DNA of 64,000 bases, from assembly GCA_951406725.2 (NCBI GenBank), contig OX597825.1, positions 78,740,001 to 78,804,000 on the forward strand. Reading direction: 5' to 3'. Positions 40,150 to 54,110 of the stretch are shown one piece after another. The stretch is from Octopus vulgaris (Eukaryota). The notes under the pieces were generated by a model, which made no database searches, was not told the origin of the DNA, and saw only the letters and a list, made by a program, of their open reading frames with translations. Numbering within the stretch: the first letter of the stretch is position 1; the number at the start of each line of letters is the position of its first letter. The translations under genes and the position numbers were made by a program.

Positions 40150-40570
40150 GGATCTTTTCGGTTTGAACGGCAGTTTTTAACATAATTTCTAGGTAACTAA
40201 AAAATTTTAAACTTCGTATACTGGTAGAATGTGTTTATAAAACATCTTTTTCTCTTGGCTTTATTGAGAAAATTCTATAGTTTGTAAGATATTAGTTGTT
40301 TTCTTTCTTCAATTTCTGCAATTTCAACCAATCAGTGACGTCTATTGAGGTAAAAAACATTCTGTGCCGTATGACTATGTCCCTCGTTTAAGAAACAGAT
40401 TGGGTTTATTTACATTTGTGAAGAAAAAAGATACCCTTCCCCCACCCCTAACCCTAACTAACCCTAAAACAGATTGAAATGCAATAGATCGATTCTAGGG
40501 TCATAATTATGGGTGACAATTTCATATGACACTGCTACAAAAAAAACTGCCGTTCAAACCAAAAAGATCC
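40150..40570. mobile_element. Merlin-like MITE
   Basis: About 28-bp TIRs GGATCTTTT(C/T)GGTTTGAACGGCAGTTTT; exact 8-bp TSD AAAAGAGC at 40142-40149 and 40571-40578. Confidence 0.75.
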
Positions 40571-40597
40571 AAAAGAGCTGCTTTAATAAAAACTTAC

Positions 40598-40698
40598 CTA
40601 TTTTCAAACAGAGTTCCTTGCAGTACAAGAGCCGTGTGATGAACACAAGATAGTCTAGCAATTGACAATACATTATTCAAAGGAGGAATACTAGATTT
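40598..40698 (-). CDS. UBE4B: UBE4B exon
   Basis: KSSIPPLNNVLSIARLSCVHHTALVLQGTLFEN(R). Confidence 0.92.
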
Positions 40699-41779
40699 CT
40701 ACAAAAGAGAAATTCATTTAAAATTATTAAACAATTTACAAACCATCACAATAAACTCAAAACAAGTCAGGCCGAAGCTATTCTAACACTGATACAGGAT
40801 AGAGCTGGACTATGTTAACTCTTCAGCACTTAATTTACTCTGTCAAATATAATGCTTATTTTTTCACAGTTTTGAATTCATCATCATCATCATCATCATC
40901 ATCGTTTAACGTCCGTTCTCCATGCTAGCATGGGTTGGACGGTTCGACCGGGGATCTGGGAAGCCAGAAGGCTGCACCAGGCTCCAGTCTTATCTGGCAG
41001 TGTTTCTACAGCTGGATGCCCTTCCTAACGCCAACCACTCCGTGAGTGTAGTGGGTGCTTTTTACGTGCCATCTGCACTGGTGCCAGGTGAGGCTGGCAT
41101 TGGCCACGGTCGGATTGGTATATTTTACGTGCCACCTGCACGGAAGCCAGTCGAGGCGGCACTGGCTTCGGCCACGATTCGGATGGTGCTTTTTACGTGC
41201 CACCGACACGGAATTAATTATGCATTATCTCATGGCTTTGAGATTTCAGTGATATGATCAGATTGGAGCCTGGTGCAATCTTCTGGTTTGCCAGTCTTCA
41301 GTCAAACCGCCCAACCCATGCCAGCATAGAAAGTGGACGTTAAACAATAATGATGATGATGTGATTGTTTATTACAGAATAACATTGTAGAGTAGGTGTG
41401 AGAGGCAGGATGTGAACATTTTGAACATAAGGAAGTAGAATATCTAGGTTGGATATGTGAATCCTTAAAATCAATATATCTCTTTGAAATGTTTCTTATG
41501 ATTGTTGTCCACGCAGCTGCCCTTATATGGTTGCTAAATCTGCCAGAAATAGCAGCCAGATCTCTCTCCCTCTCTCAAATCAGATTTTTTATGTTTATAG
41601 TTAGACTGACATTGCAGGGTAAGTGTGAGAGGCAAGATCTGGAAGACTTTAACATAAAACAAGGCAGAATATTTGAGCAAGATATAACCAGTTTAAATGC
41701 TGAAGGATTAACCATGAGAAATGCTTAGAGATATTAACAGACTCGATTTAATAGATGGCAAAACACAACACTGACTTAC

Positions 41780-41924
41780 TTTGGGGCTAGTTCTTTCTTC
41801 AAAAGCTACTCTCTCATAACAATCAAGTAAATAGTTAATAAGTTCCACTTCTTTTCTTTTCTGAGGTTGTATTTTGGATGTGAATTTACGTTCTTCATGT
41901 TCAGGTGACATTAGTGGACTTATA
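41780..41924 (-). CDS. UBE4B: UBE4B exon
   Basis: ISPLMSPEHEERK...EVELINYLLDCYERVAFEERTSPK. Confidence 0.92.
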
Positions 41925-43588
41925 CTGAAAGAATTAAAAGAATAATGGTCAGAGTAATTTCACAATCAAAACAATCTTCACATAATCACAACATATAGGT
42001 TTCAATATGTACCATACTCCATTGTGGCATTCCAATGAAGACCATCCCTTCTGTTTTGTGTGTCTGCTTATTTTTTTCAGTCAATGTATTTAGGACTATT
42101 TTTACTTGGGATTATATTATACCATCTTTCTCATAAGATGGTACGCAGGGTAATGAGGGTAATTTGGCTGCTATTTCTTATTTCTTTATTGCCCACAAGG
42201 GGCTAAACATAGAGGGGACAAACAAGGACAGACAAAGGGATTAAGTCGATTACATCGACCCCAGTGCGTAACTGGTACTTAATTTATCGACCCCGAAATG
42301 ATGAAAGGCAAAGTCGACCTCGGTGGAATTTGAACTCAAAATGTAACGGCAGACGAAATACCTATTTCATTACTGCCCACAAGGGGCTAAACACAGAGAG
42401 GACAAACAAGAACAGACAAACGGATTAAGTCGATTATATCGACCCCAGTGCGTAACTGGTACTTAATTTATCGACCCCGAAAGGATGAAAGGCAAAGTCG
42501 ACCTCGGCGGAATTTGAACTCAGAACGTAACAGCAGACGAAATACCGCTAAGCATTTTACTCGGTGTGTTAACATTTCTGCCAGCTCGCTACTTTTTTTT
42601 GGCTGCTATTTCTAACAAGTTGAGTCACCAGGTAAAGCCTCTCTCATTGGGTTTTTTTCTTCACTGGATATGATGGCAATCGTGTAAGACATAAGAGTGT
42701 TTTATAGCTGGGTGCGCTACTTCTCGGCACCAATGTGAATAAGTGAGCGAGTGTGCATGCACACACATGTATAAGTCACCTCGCCTTGACATCATGTGGC
42801 ACATGTAAATGACTGTCACCATCATACAAGTGTTGTTGTTTGATTCCAACCTATCATGGAAACATGTCTGGTCATGCAGAAATATTAGCTTACATGGAAA
42901 CAAGGGCCAGCAACAAGAAAAGCATTTGACTGCAGAAAATCCACCTCAACTAATTACATCTGACCCATGTGAGCCTGGAAAAGTGGACATCAACCCTTTT
43001 GTTACCAGATTTCTGTTGAGATGGTCTGTGTTCCTCCCAATTAATTTTAAATATAACAAAGAATTTAGTAAAATCACTTAGTTATCATTAAGCTAGTGTT
43101 AGGAACATAAATTGTGACTAAGGTTTGGTGGAAGATTTTAATCCAGAACTTATGAAAACAAAACATTTGTATTACAGAGCCAGAGGTGGTTTCAGCCGGG
43201 TTGCTATCAAAAGGGTTAAACAATGATGCTGATTGTCTTCATTTCTACTCTAGGTACAAGGCCCAAAATTTTGGGGTAGGGGGCCAGTCAATCAGATCAA
43301 CCCCAGTACGCAACTGGTACTTAATTTATTGACTCCAAAAGGATGGAAGGCAAAGTTGACCTCAGTGGAATTTGAACTCAGAATGTAAAGACAGATGAAA
43401 AATAATGATTATTATTATTATTATTATTACAACTTTATCCCCAAAATTAGCTAAAGATATCTTTCTTCATTTACTAACATGCAACAATTCAATTCACCCA
43501 ACCCCTACTTTGAGTGACCCAGGAAAGAGTCGCAAGTACAGACCTCAGTACAAATTTTACTTGGTGTGACAGTGACAACGGTACTTAC

Positions 43589-43736
43589 CTACAAGGACTA
43601 GAACTATAACTTCGGACTGGAGACACACCATCCACAGCAGTTTTTAAGGAGTCGATCAGATTTTCTGGACTTGAGTAAATGAGGTGAAGAGTTTCCATGA
43701 CAATCTGATTGATAATTTCTTTGTAATCTTTCTCTT
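43589..43736 (-). CDS. UBE4B: UBE4B exon
   Basis: EKDYKEIINQIVMETLHLIYSSPENL...SSSPC; similar to vertebrate DFKDLIGQILMEVL. Confidence 0.88.
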
Positions 43737-45225
43737 CTGCAAGAAATAAAAAAATGATGTGAAAATTAGACCATGGGAAAACGAGCAATTCAAATAGATT
43801 GACTACCCACCTTCTAACCCCACTAGATGCAGATCCCTCTGCAGGAAACTGTTCTGCCTCCCTCTCTCGTAGTAATTCCCCTCATCCCTTAGCAGGAAGC
43901 TTACCCACATCTCCACCTTCCCCAGGGCTCCATAGTCATATGAACTACATGGTGGCTTCAATAGTGAAGATGGCATAAAAAAAGCCCCCAGTCAATGCTG
44001 TGAAGTGGTTGGCATTAGAAAGGGCATTCAACTATAAAAAAACCATGCCAAAGCAGATATTGGAGCTCAATGAAGCCTTGAACGAATGAGATCCTGTCAA
44101 ACCATCCAACTCAAGCCAGCATGGAACACAGATGTTAAATGATGAAGATGATAATAAATACTGTTTACTGTCATCAACACCACTGTACTGCCAAAAATTA
44201 AGCCTTTGAATTCAGTTGTGAAACATTCCAGATAATAATAAGAGCACTCAGAGAGCACAAACCTCTGCCAAGGCAACACCAATGTCACACTATCTCAGAT
44301 GAGGGAGCAGTATTTTATTATGTTTGAAACAACACAGGTGCACTTGACTTTAGTGACAATGAAATAGTAAAAACCTACCCCCAATTGGAACCAGCTAGTA
44401 AGAGTTTTAGTCAGGTGGTGGTGGTTGTTTAGCCATAGGTGAGCCTTGACTGAACAGACCTACGATCAAAAATAAGTCCAGCCGTGTCACTTCATCTTTC
44501 ATTTTCAGACACTGCAAATCGAATTTTTTTTAAGATGCTATGGTGTAAATTTAAGGAAATTTCATCATCATCATCATCATCGTTTAGCATCCATTTTCTA
44601 TGCTAGCATGGGTTGGACGGTTCAACTGGGGTCTGTGAAGCCAGAAGGCTTCATCAGGCCCAGTCAGATCTGGCAGTGTTTCTACAGCTGGATGCCCTTC
44701 CTAACGCCAACCACTCCGTCAAGGAAATTTGACTGCTATAAATCCAACATGTTAGAGTTACCAAAGTATTCTACTCTCTACACAGACTTCCATCAAGCAA
44801 ACAAATTATTCTTGTAATGTAGCCTCAATTCAATTTTGATTAAGCAGACTCCAGGTCAAAGACATTCCTGCATGGCTATCCCATCTTTTTAAGACTATCC
44901 TGAACTACATTATATAATCTGGCCTTCCGTCATTTTAGATGGTAGGGTGCAGTTTGAGGAAGATGTGGCTGTGATTTCTCGCAAATCAAGTAAAATGCAA
45001 ACAAGGTTTTACAATGGTGCTGTGCATTCCAGCAGAGTAAAAAACCAAAGATATCTGAATGTGTGTGTGTGTGTGTGTGTGTGTGAAATCATTGCTAGTT
45101 ATTGGTATACAAAGTCTCCATGAAATTACTGATTCTAGCTTTGTTATCTTCCCACATGAGCATGCACATTAAAATGATGGTGAACATACAAACAACAATA
45201 ACTTATAATATCAATGAGCTCTTAC

Positions 45226-45361
45226 TTTCATTGAAAGCTTCAGCAAGACAAGGTATATGCAGTGTTCCAGGATCTCTCTGTTCTCGCCAGGAGACAAGAA
45301 ATATTCTAATTATGGAGTTCAAGACTTGTGTTTCTGTAGCTTCTGAACCAATGCTGGCATC
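45226..45361 (-). CDS. UBE4B: UBE4B exon
   Basis: DASIGSEATETQVLNSIIRIFLVSWREQRDPGTLHIPCLAEAFNE; IF.VSW motif. Confidence 0.9.
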
Positions 45362-46711
45362 CTAGAAAGAAAAAATGGTAGAAAAAAAAATGCTTTTTAA
45401 ATTGAAGAAAGAATCCTTAATCAAACATAGTTTAAGACAAGAAAACAAATCAGAGTAGATAACAAAGAAGACAAAGCACAAGGGTCATTAAAACTCAGGA
45501 AAAGTTAGAGGTTACCCTTTAGATACAATAAACTCATCTCTCCAACAGTGTTCACTCACTATATTCCCCACCCCTTCCAGCAATAAGTCTCCTTTCACAA
45601 TCTCACAAACTTACCTACCCACTTACCCTAATCCAGTCCTCTCTACCAATTCACTTAAATATGCCACCTTGTAACTTGAGGGTACACCCTAAACACCGCC
45701 TTGTAACAGAGGATATACCCTAAACACTGACTTGTAACTTGAGGGTACATCCTGATACACCTTCATCATCCCTCCATCTCTTTCTCCAACTAAGGTAGCC
45801 ATGTATCTCTTCTATAGCAAGACACCCATTTCAGTCCCTTTATCATACCCTAACCTCTCATCACTAACAGAAAACCACCTCCCCAAACACTACCGCTACT
45901 ACTCCTGCTGTTGAGGGGTCTTGCTTTGCAAGTCACTTGGTAACCTCACTGGTGCTGATGCCACACAAAAAGGGGCTGGCATTAGGAAGGGCATCCAGTC
46001 ATAGACACCAAGCCAAAGCAGGCAGTAGAGCTTGGTACAGTCATCTGGTTCACCAGCTGCTGTAAAAGCGTCCAACCCATGCCAGCATGGAAAGCAGACA
46101 TTGGATGATGATAAGACATAGTGCAGTCCTATCCAAATGATGCCAGTGTAAACGTAAAAGACCGACCAATTCGTGTCTTTTTAACACTTTTATTAAAAAT
46201 ACTCATAAGACAGGCACAAGGTCACACATGCAGAGAAATGGTTGACTGGCACTTTATTGAATTTCAAAGGCTGGTAGGTAGGCATAGTTGACTTTGAATG
46301 AGTTGAACTCAGAACAAAGGCATAGAATATTGATGAGATGTTTTAATTTATCTTTCTCACTGAACCAGTCCCTCCACAGCAACCATTACTCACCAAAAAC
46401 CATTGATACTTGTCAACAATTCAGTTCTCTCCATCCCACTAGTGACACACACTGAAGAAAGGACTTAATATTCATTACAAGTTAAGAGAGATAGACATAG
46501 AGAGAGGAGAGACAGACAGACAGAGACAAGGAGAGGGGCAGAAAGAAGAGACAGACATGAGGAAGAGGATATAAAGAAGAGAGGGAGAAGGGAGAGAAAG
46601 GAGGAGGAAGAAAAGAGAGAATGATAGACAGACAGACAAGTCAATCGAGAGAGAGAAGGACAGAATGAAAGACACAGAGAGAGACAAGAGAGAGGGAAAA
46701 TATCAACTTAC

Positions 46712-46796
46712 ACGTTTTCTTTTATGTTCCACTCTATCACTGTCGTCAACTTCCATTGTTTCAATACCAGAATCAACATCAACCTGAGAATGATTA
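46712..46796 (-). CDS. UBE4B: UBE4B exon
   Basis: NHSQVDVDSGIETMEVDDSDRVEHKRKR; UBE4B-specific SQVDVDSGIE.MEVD motif. Confidence 0.92.
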
Positions 46797-47256
46797 CTGA
46801 AACACAAAGAGAGGCAGGCAAGGTAAAGCCTTAAATCATTACATACACCAGAATGGATCAGATTTTTACCAGGACTTCCAAAGTATTCCAGCTTCATCTG
46901 TGGTGTCAGAGTAGTTTGGCCAACTGACCTGCTAACCTACAGGTCACAAGTTCAAGACCTCCAAAAAGCATTGGATTGTGTTCGTTTGTGGAATGGATTA
47001 ACCACATGCTACCAGACAGACAGCTCACCAAAGGTTACCGTGCAGTTAAGGACAACAGTGGTACTGGGCAGCTACAGACGGTAGCAGCACTGGGCAACTA
47101 CAGATAGCAGCAGTACCAGGCAGCTAAGAACAGTGGCAGCACCAGGCCAGTACCAGGCCAGCTATAGATGGTGGTAGTACCAAACAGCTAAGGATAGTAG
47201 TGGTACCAAATAGCAGAACAGTAGATACTAAACAGATACAAACAACATGCACTAGT

Positions 47257-47394
47257 TACATTATTTACATTTGACGGATATTTGTCCTCATCTTGTTTGT
47301 TGTTAACATGTTTCGGCTGATGTACCCTCCAGCATTCATCAGGTGTCTTTGGGAAATTTCAAACCTCGGTTCTCATTCCTAAGGGATTTTTCAA

Positions 47395-47429
<35 letters not shown>

Positions 47430-47682
47430 TCACTGCCTGGAATCGAACTTGGAATCTTGGGGTTAGTAGCCTGTGCTCTTAACCACTACGTCATATGTCC
47501 ATCAACAACATCAAAAAATACCTTAGGAATGAGAACCCAGGTTTGAAATTTCCCAAAGACACCTGATGAAGGCTGGAGGGTATATCAGGCGAAACATTGT
47601 GCTAACAACAAACAAGATGAGGACAAATATCCGTCAAATGTAAATAATGTACATAATTCCTCATCCCTTAAATATAGAACTG
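47257..47682. mobile_element. Palindromic tRNA/HHR element, right tRNA head deleted
   Basis: Inverted arms; TSD AAC(A/T)TGCACTAG at 47244-47255 and 47683-47694. Confidence 0.75.
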
Positions 47683-48049
47683 AACTTGCACTAGAACTGG
47701 GAAGAATTCCATTGACACTGTTCTAACTAAGAGAGATTTAAATCTCAGCTCTTCAATAGAGACAAATTCCTGTCCTGAAGAGCTACGGTTGGAATAAGGC
47801 TGCTTTTACTATGTAATAACTCTAAAATCAGCCATTTATATGTGGTGTCATTGTATGAATAATTTAATATGTTTGAAGAACATTCATGTCAAAAATGGTC
47901 AGATTGGAAAGACTTCATTCAGTAAGTACAAAAATATTATTAGTGCTTCAGTATTAGAAAAATTCAATTATTTTGTTTCAAAAAAAAAATTTTTTTTTAA
48001 TGTAATTATCATGTAACAGAAGTGCAGAAGTAACAGGAAAGTAACTCAC

Positions 48050-48131
48050 TTTTTCTCAGCAGCATACTCTGAATCAGTGTCCATTTGGTGTTGTTGTTGC
48101 TGTGCATCAGAACTGATAGATTCTACACAAG
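48050..48131 (-). CDS. UBE4B: UBE4B most upstream exon identifiable; the true N-terminus was not found in the window
   Basis: ccacag| CVESISSDAQQQQHQMDTDSEYAAEK |gtgag; phase fits next exon; parallels vertebrate SMDID..CEK. Confidence 0.75.
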
Positions 48132-51100
48132 CTGTGGAAGAGGAGGAGAATAATAATAGTAATAATGGTTTCAAATTTTGCCACAAGGGCAGCAATTTTG
48201 GGGGAGGGGCGAGTCAATTACATCGACCCTGGTGTTCAACTGGTACTTGTTTTATCAACTCTGAAAAAATGAAAGTTAGTCAATCTTGGTGGAATTTGAA
48301 CTCAGAACATAGCAACAGGTGAACTACCACTAAGCATTTCATCCAGTGCACTAATGATTCTGCCAACTCACCACCTTAATAATAATAATGATAATGTGCC
48401 AGCCTCGCCTGGCACCTGTGCAGGTGGCACGTAAAAAGCACCCACTACACTCACGGAGTGGTTGGCGTTAGGAAGGGCATCCAGCTGTAGAAACATTGCC
48501 AGATAAGACTGGAGCCTGGTGCAGCCTTCTGGCTTCCCAGATCCCTGGTCGAACCGTCCAACCCATGCTAGCATGGAGAACGGACGTTAAACGATGATGA
48601 TGATGATGATGATGATAATAATAATAGCAGTTTCAAATTTTTGGCACAAGACCAGCAATTTTGGAGAAGGGGAGTAAGTTGATTACATCGAACCCAGTGC
48701 TCAAAATGGCACTTATTTTATCGACCCCTACCCCACAAGGCAAAGTCAGCCTCGATGGACTTTGAACTCAAAAAGTACGACCAGAAGAAATGCTGCTAAG
48801 CAGTTTGTCTGGTGTGCTAACAATTTGGCCAGCTCACTGTCTTAATAATAATAATAATCCTTTCTACTATAGGCATACGGCCTGAAATTTTGGAGAAGGG
48901 ATTAGTCAATTATGTTGATGCCAGTATTCAACTGGTGGTTATTTTATCGACCCTGAAAGAATGAAAGCAAGGCTGGCCTCAGTGGCATTTGAGCTCAGAA
49001 TGTAAAGCAGAAAGAAATACCACAAAGCATTTTATCAAACATGCTAATGACTCTGCCAGCTCAACACACACACACACACAGTGGAACTTCGGTTTATGAA
49101 TTTATTTCTGAAGGCACTAGCGTAGCGGGGGAGGGGGCATTTCCACCCTGGGCGGCACTTTTAAAGGGGTGGCACTTTTGGGTCTACTGTAGGCAATATG
49201 TGCTTTTTGTGGGGTCTAAGGGCAGCAAACAGAAGGGCCACACCAGACGGCACACACTCTAGCTACACTAGTGCCCGAAGGCCATCCATCATCCAAATTC
49301 TTCATAAACTGGAACTATTTTTCCCAGAGGAAATTCAAGAGAAAGCGCAGCAAATTCAAGCAGGGATGTGCACTGAGCGAAAACTAGACACCAACTGATG
49401 CTCTCCCACTGATACTTGTAGCTCGTTACAGCTTATGTATTCATTACTTAAGACATCCTTCATCACCCGAGACATTTTATGTCCGAAAATTGTTCGTAAA
49501 CTGATTTGCTCATGATGAGAGACATTTATAAACCAAGATTCCACAGAGTATATGTGTGTGGGTATATGTGCGTGCATACCACAAATTACGTCGATAATGC
49601 TGTGTAACAAAATTTTCATTTATTTTTTTTTTTGTGTCTTTGGTCAACAAGTGTTATTTCCTATTTGCTTCTATCTAGAAATCAAAGGAAATGACTACTA
49701 TTCCCTTCAACATTTGCTTTTGTGACCTGGACATCCATGTTTTCAAAACTGACCTATTTTTCCATTACATTTCAGACAGATTCAGTGCTAAGATGCTGAA
49801 GCAGAAATATCGTTATAGCAAATATTCTACTCAATACCACAGATTTGCTTGTCAGTTGCTTGACCTTAACCACTTGAGCATGTCTCTTAGTGGCTGACAA
49901 TATATGCATCTCTGATCATGAACAGAAGAGCATCATAGCCACATGTTAAGAGGGATTGTTTGGGGTTTGAACAAATATAACAAAAGCAAAGTTTGAAGGA
50001 AATATTAGCCATTTTGCATACTTTGTAGGAAATAATAGTTGTTACCGAAGGCAAAAAATCATGTTACACAATGTAAATGGTGCCAAGACATACTGCATAA
50101 CTATAAAAAAAAACAGAATAAAATGGAGAAACATTTATGAACGCATATCTGTTTTAATTACTGGTTTATACATATTTCCATACGTATTCCATTTGATTTT
50201 CCTCTTTAGTGATTGTTTTTAAAAAATCTTTATACTTTCAAATGTTTGCTGAAACCAAAATAAAGTTAGATGATCAACTGAAGCTGGGGTTTCTCTTTTT
50301 ACTACTACTCACTTGAAAAAAAAACAACATAAAGTCAAAAAAAGATGTAACTTGAAATGACATACGTTGAGCTATGCCAAAGTGTGTGTGGTGATAGAAT
50401 AGTGGCAGTCTAAAAAGATTTTGGTACAGGAAGTTAGTAAGCATCAAGCATGTACATGGCTTGTATAGGTGACAAAAAGCAGATTATACATGATCAACAA
50501 AGTTTATTAACGAGCATGTTATAAACTCTGTCCCATATTGAAACAGATGGAAATTTCAAGAAGATGACACTGCCACTGTACAACTCTCGGTTTAGCAGCA
50601 AAAATTGCTGATTATGTGAATATAAGTTGAAAAATGTAAGTACTAGAAGAGGTAAATCCTGACTACATATGTTTCAAAGCTAATTTTAACGTTTTATGTA
50701 ACATAAAGATATCATTTAGCTTTTCTTCAACTCTTATTACCAACGATTGTATCAACCACTGGTAATTAAATGTGAAAAAAAGCTAAATGATATTTTTGTG
50801 TTATGCAAGATATGCTAAGTTTAACATTGAAACATATGTAGTTTTGATTTACCTCTTCTATTCCTTACACACTTTGATATATATATAAGACATACATACA
50901 CAGACATGTATACATTCATATACATATACGTACATAGACAGGAAGACCTTGATATATGCAAGTTTAAACTCACAAATTATTTATTGCTTTTCAATATCCT
51001 CCATGAGTATAAAATTTCACATGCATGTCATTTAACATGTGGAACCGAAGGCTGTTGTGTGTGATTAGATGAGGAGAAGGAGGAGGAGGAAAATGAGAAT

Positions 51101-52856
51101 AATGGTGCGGTTAGGGTGGAGGAAAGAGGAGTTTAAATTCAAAGCGAAAAGTAATTGGTGTTTTGTTTAGCTTCGACTAAATACGGGAGAGAAAAGTTAA
51201 TTTGAATTAAAAATTTTAAAATTGCCATCACACACCAAGTGTAATGTATTAGATGCAGTCATTAGCTTTGTGGTTATGATCTCAGCTAGTACGTTATTTA
51301 TTTAAGGATATACCTTACTGGTCTCACTCAACCCCTACCCACAAGACAAGCTGAAATATACTTAGAGGTTAGTAAGATATTCTTTACTTTTGGTTTTTGG
51401 TTTAACTAAAGCTTAGTAATGTATTCCTTACCTTTTGTTTTTGATTTAACGTACTTTCTGTTGCCTTTTCTCTCCATCTTTCTCTTGTTCCCTGACTCTC
51501 TCTCAAGATCCGTTTCCATTCGACATCTATTCCACAGAGCATAACTTTTGTTGTTTATGACACACACAGTAATAAAAGAACAAAGAATGTCAGCAATGAA
51601 GCAAAGTTAGAGGGTAGTACTCACTCGGGTACTTGGTGCCACTGGTGACATTCTGCCTCATTAACAGAGTTTATCATAAACTATAAAAGTCACGGAAGTG
51701 AAAGAAAGCAAAATTCCTTCTTTTTTTTTTTTTTTTTCGGAAATTTAAAAAAAGAAGGTGTCAAATGGAAACAAAGGTTCCGAGCAGGTAACATGAGAAA
51801 TGATTATATATCTTTGATATAATTTTAAAAAATACATGTTTATTATGGACTTCCAGTAATGCATGCACAATTATATACTGGCCCTGGCCAGAGGGAAGTG
51901 TTCATGATCAGACGACTACAGTTTACGCGCATGTGCAATCACAAGCAATCTCGCATTTGAATTTCTATTTGGCAAACATTGCATGTTTGAATATCTCTCC
52001 AATTTCTACTAAAACTTGTTTCATTTTCTCTTTTTTATAATTAATATTCTTCATTTGTCCATCAGTTTTTGTTGGGTTTTTTTCTTAAATATTAAATGCA
52101 AATTCTGTTAACAAATATCTTGCAACATTTCATCTTACAGCTGTCTGCTTTAAACTTTACACTTCCAACTGTTGCATGCTTCAGCAGTGTCTAAGGATCA
52201 ATATTTCATTGCTTGGCATACCTACATATGTGTGCCCCACATGACTTCCTTTCCTCATAACTTCCAGAAAAATGGATATTCCTCAGTGAAATTTTCTACA
52301 AATACACTTCAAATGGTGTAGATTTTGATAGCAGAATTTTGTTTCCAAATAAATTTTTCTGTGGATATGGAGAGAAGTTTCAGAAAATTCACACACGACA
52401 GCTTTGTTTCTACATAACCTTTAGAAAACGGATATTTTTTGATGAAATTTTCTATAAATACCTTTCATTGTGTGTAGATTACGATTATTTCAGAATTTAA
52501 TATGCAAATAAAAAAAAAATGAGGCACATTTGTATAGGTATGCCCAGTACTTAAACACAAGTAATACTAAGATTACATTGCTATTAAATACCTACATATC
52601 GGCTTGCTTCAATTCACTTTCAATTTGTATATAACAATATTTGATTATACAGCTACATGTTATATATAAACAAACAATACACTTCTTTAGTTTGGACTGC
52701 ATCAAAAGGGTAACGATAGCGTGAATGAGATGGGCTCAAATTTTCACTATACATAAATGCAAATAGGATAACAGTACTTACTATGATATCAGTTTTAGTA
52801 ACAAATACTAACAGTATTTAAAAATGCATTGAAGTGTACATGTGTGTGTATGTGTG

Positions 52857-52902
<46 letters not shown>

Positions 52903-54110
52903 TCAGAATTTATTGGTAATATTTAGTGCTAATATTTCATTGCTTTATAAATGCATGTTCTTTTAATATAATTACATTTCATCTTACAGCTCTATTTTGT
53001 TTTCCACTATTGACATTTAAGTTTCCTTCATGTTGCATGTCTTGTCATTGTTCTTCTCACATGCATGCCATATATATACTTATGCATATACACTATAAGA
53101 ATATATAATACAGTGATATCAAATTAATGGTATCTTAGAGGAAGTGAAATTTCACTTAATATCAATCACTGAATTTTCCCCCACACACGACATGCACTCT
53201 GCATTAAGATACATTTCTGTTTCACAAGGATATTTTGTGGAAAAACATATTCAGTGTGTTTCACCATACACTTGTTAAAAGATATTCTGAAGGTCTTGTA
53301 AGATTAAATGTGTGATTCTGTGCATGTAAATACAAGGTGACAGTACATTAGAATAACATATGAAACCATATTTTTTTTTGCAAATAAACTACATTATTGG
53401 GAAACATAATTTATCATCTTTCAAACCAACTGTATAGCTGTTTATACCTGGGTCAACAGAACTGCCATACAGGATGTAAAATTCATATCAGTGGTTATGT
53501 TACAATGACCAGGTACCAAAGTGATGCACCACTGCTATGATTTTGTTGTCATCCACTCATTGCAAATAGCCACCAGGTGGATGATAAGTGTTTCTTGAAG
53601 GAGCTGTAGGTGGCATACTTATACTAATGTGGTTCCATAGTCTATGACAGTCTCTCATCCATAATACAGTCACATTAGATGCAGGATAACTTTTTTCATA
53701 CATTTAAAAATTTTAAGTGTGTCTTATACACTGGTAAATATGGTATTTTAAAGTAACATTTATATTTACTTTCTCTCAACTAGTGAGTAAATATTTGGGT
53801 AAATAAAGATTATATTTTATTTTTTATAACAACAACAGCAATCCTTTCTTTTATAGGGGCAAGGCCTAAAATTTCGCAGGGAGGGGGGGGGGGCTAGTCG
53901 ATTCTATCAACCCCAGTACTTGAGTGGTAATTATTTCATCAACCTCAAAATTATGAAAGTCAAAGCCTTGGCAGAATTTGAACTCAGAACATAGAACAGA
54001 TGAAATGGCACTAAGCATTTTATCTGGCATGCTAACAGATTGATCTTTGTTATTTACATTATCTTGGTAGAGTGGCAGAATCAGTAGACTAGTGGACATA
54101 ATACCTTACA

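Noticed and set aside
47030-47240. Degenerate ~27-bp repeat (also a ~35-bp repeat at 45660-45760)
   Set aside because: Ordinary decayed minisatellites with no coding or structural signal.
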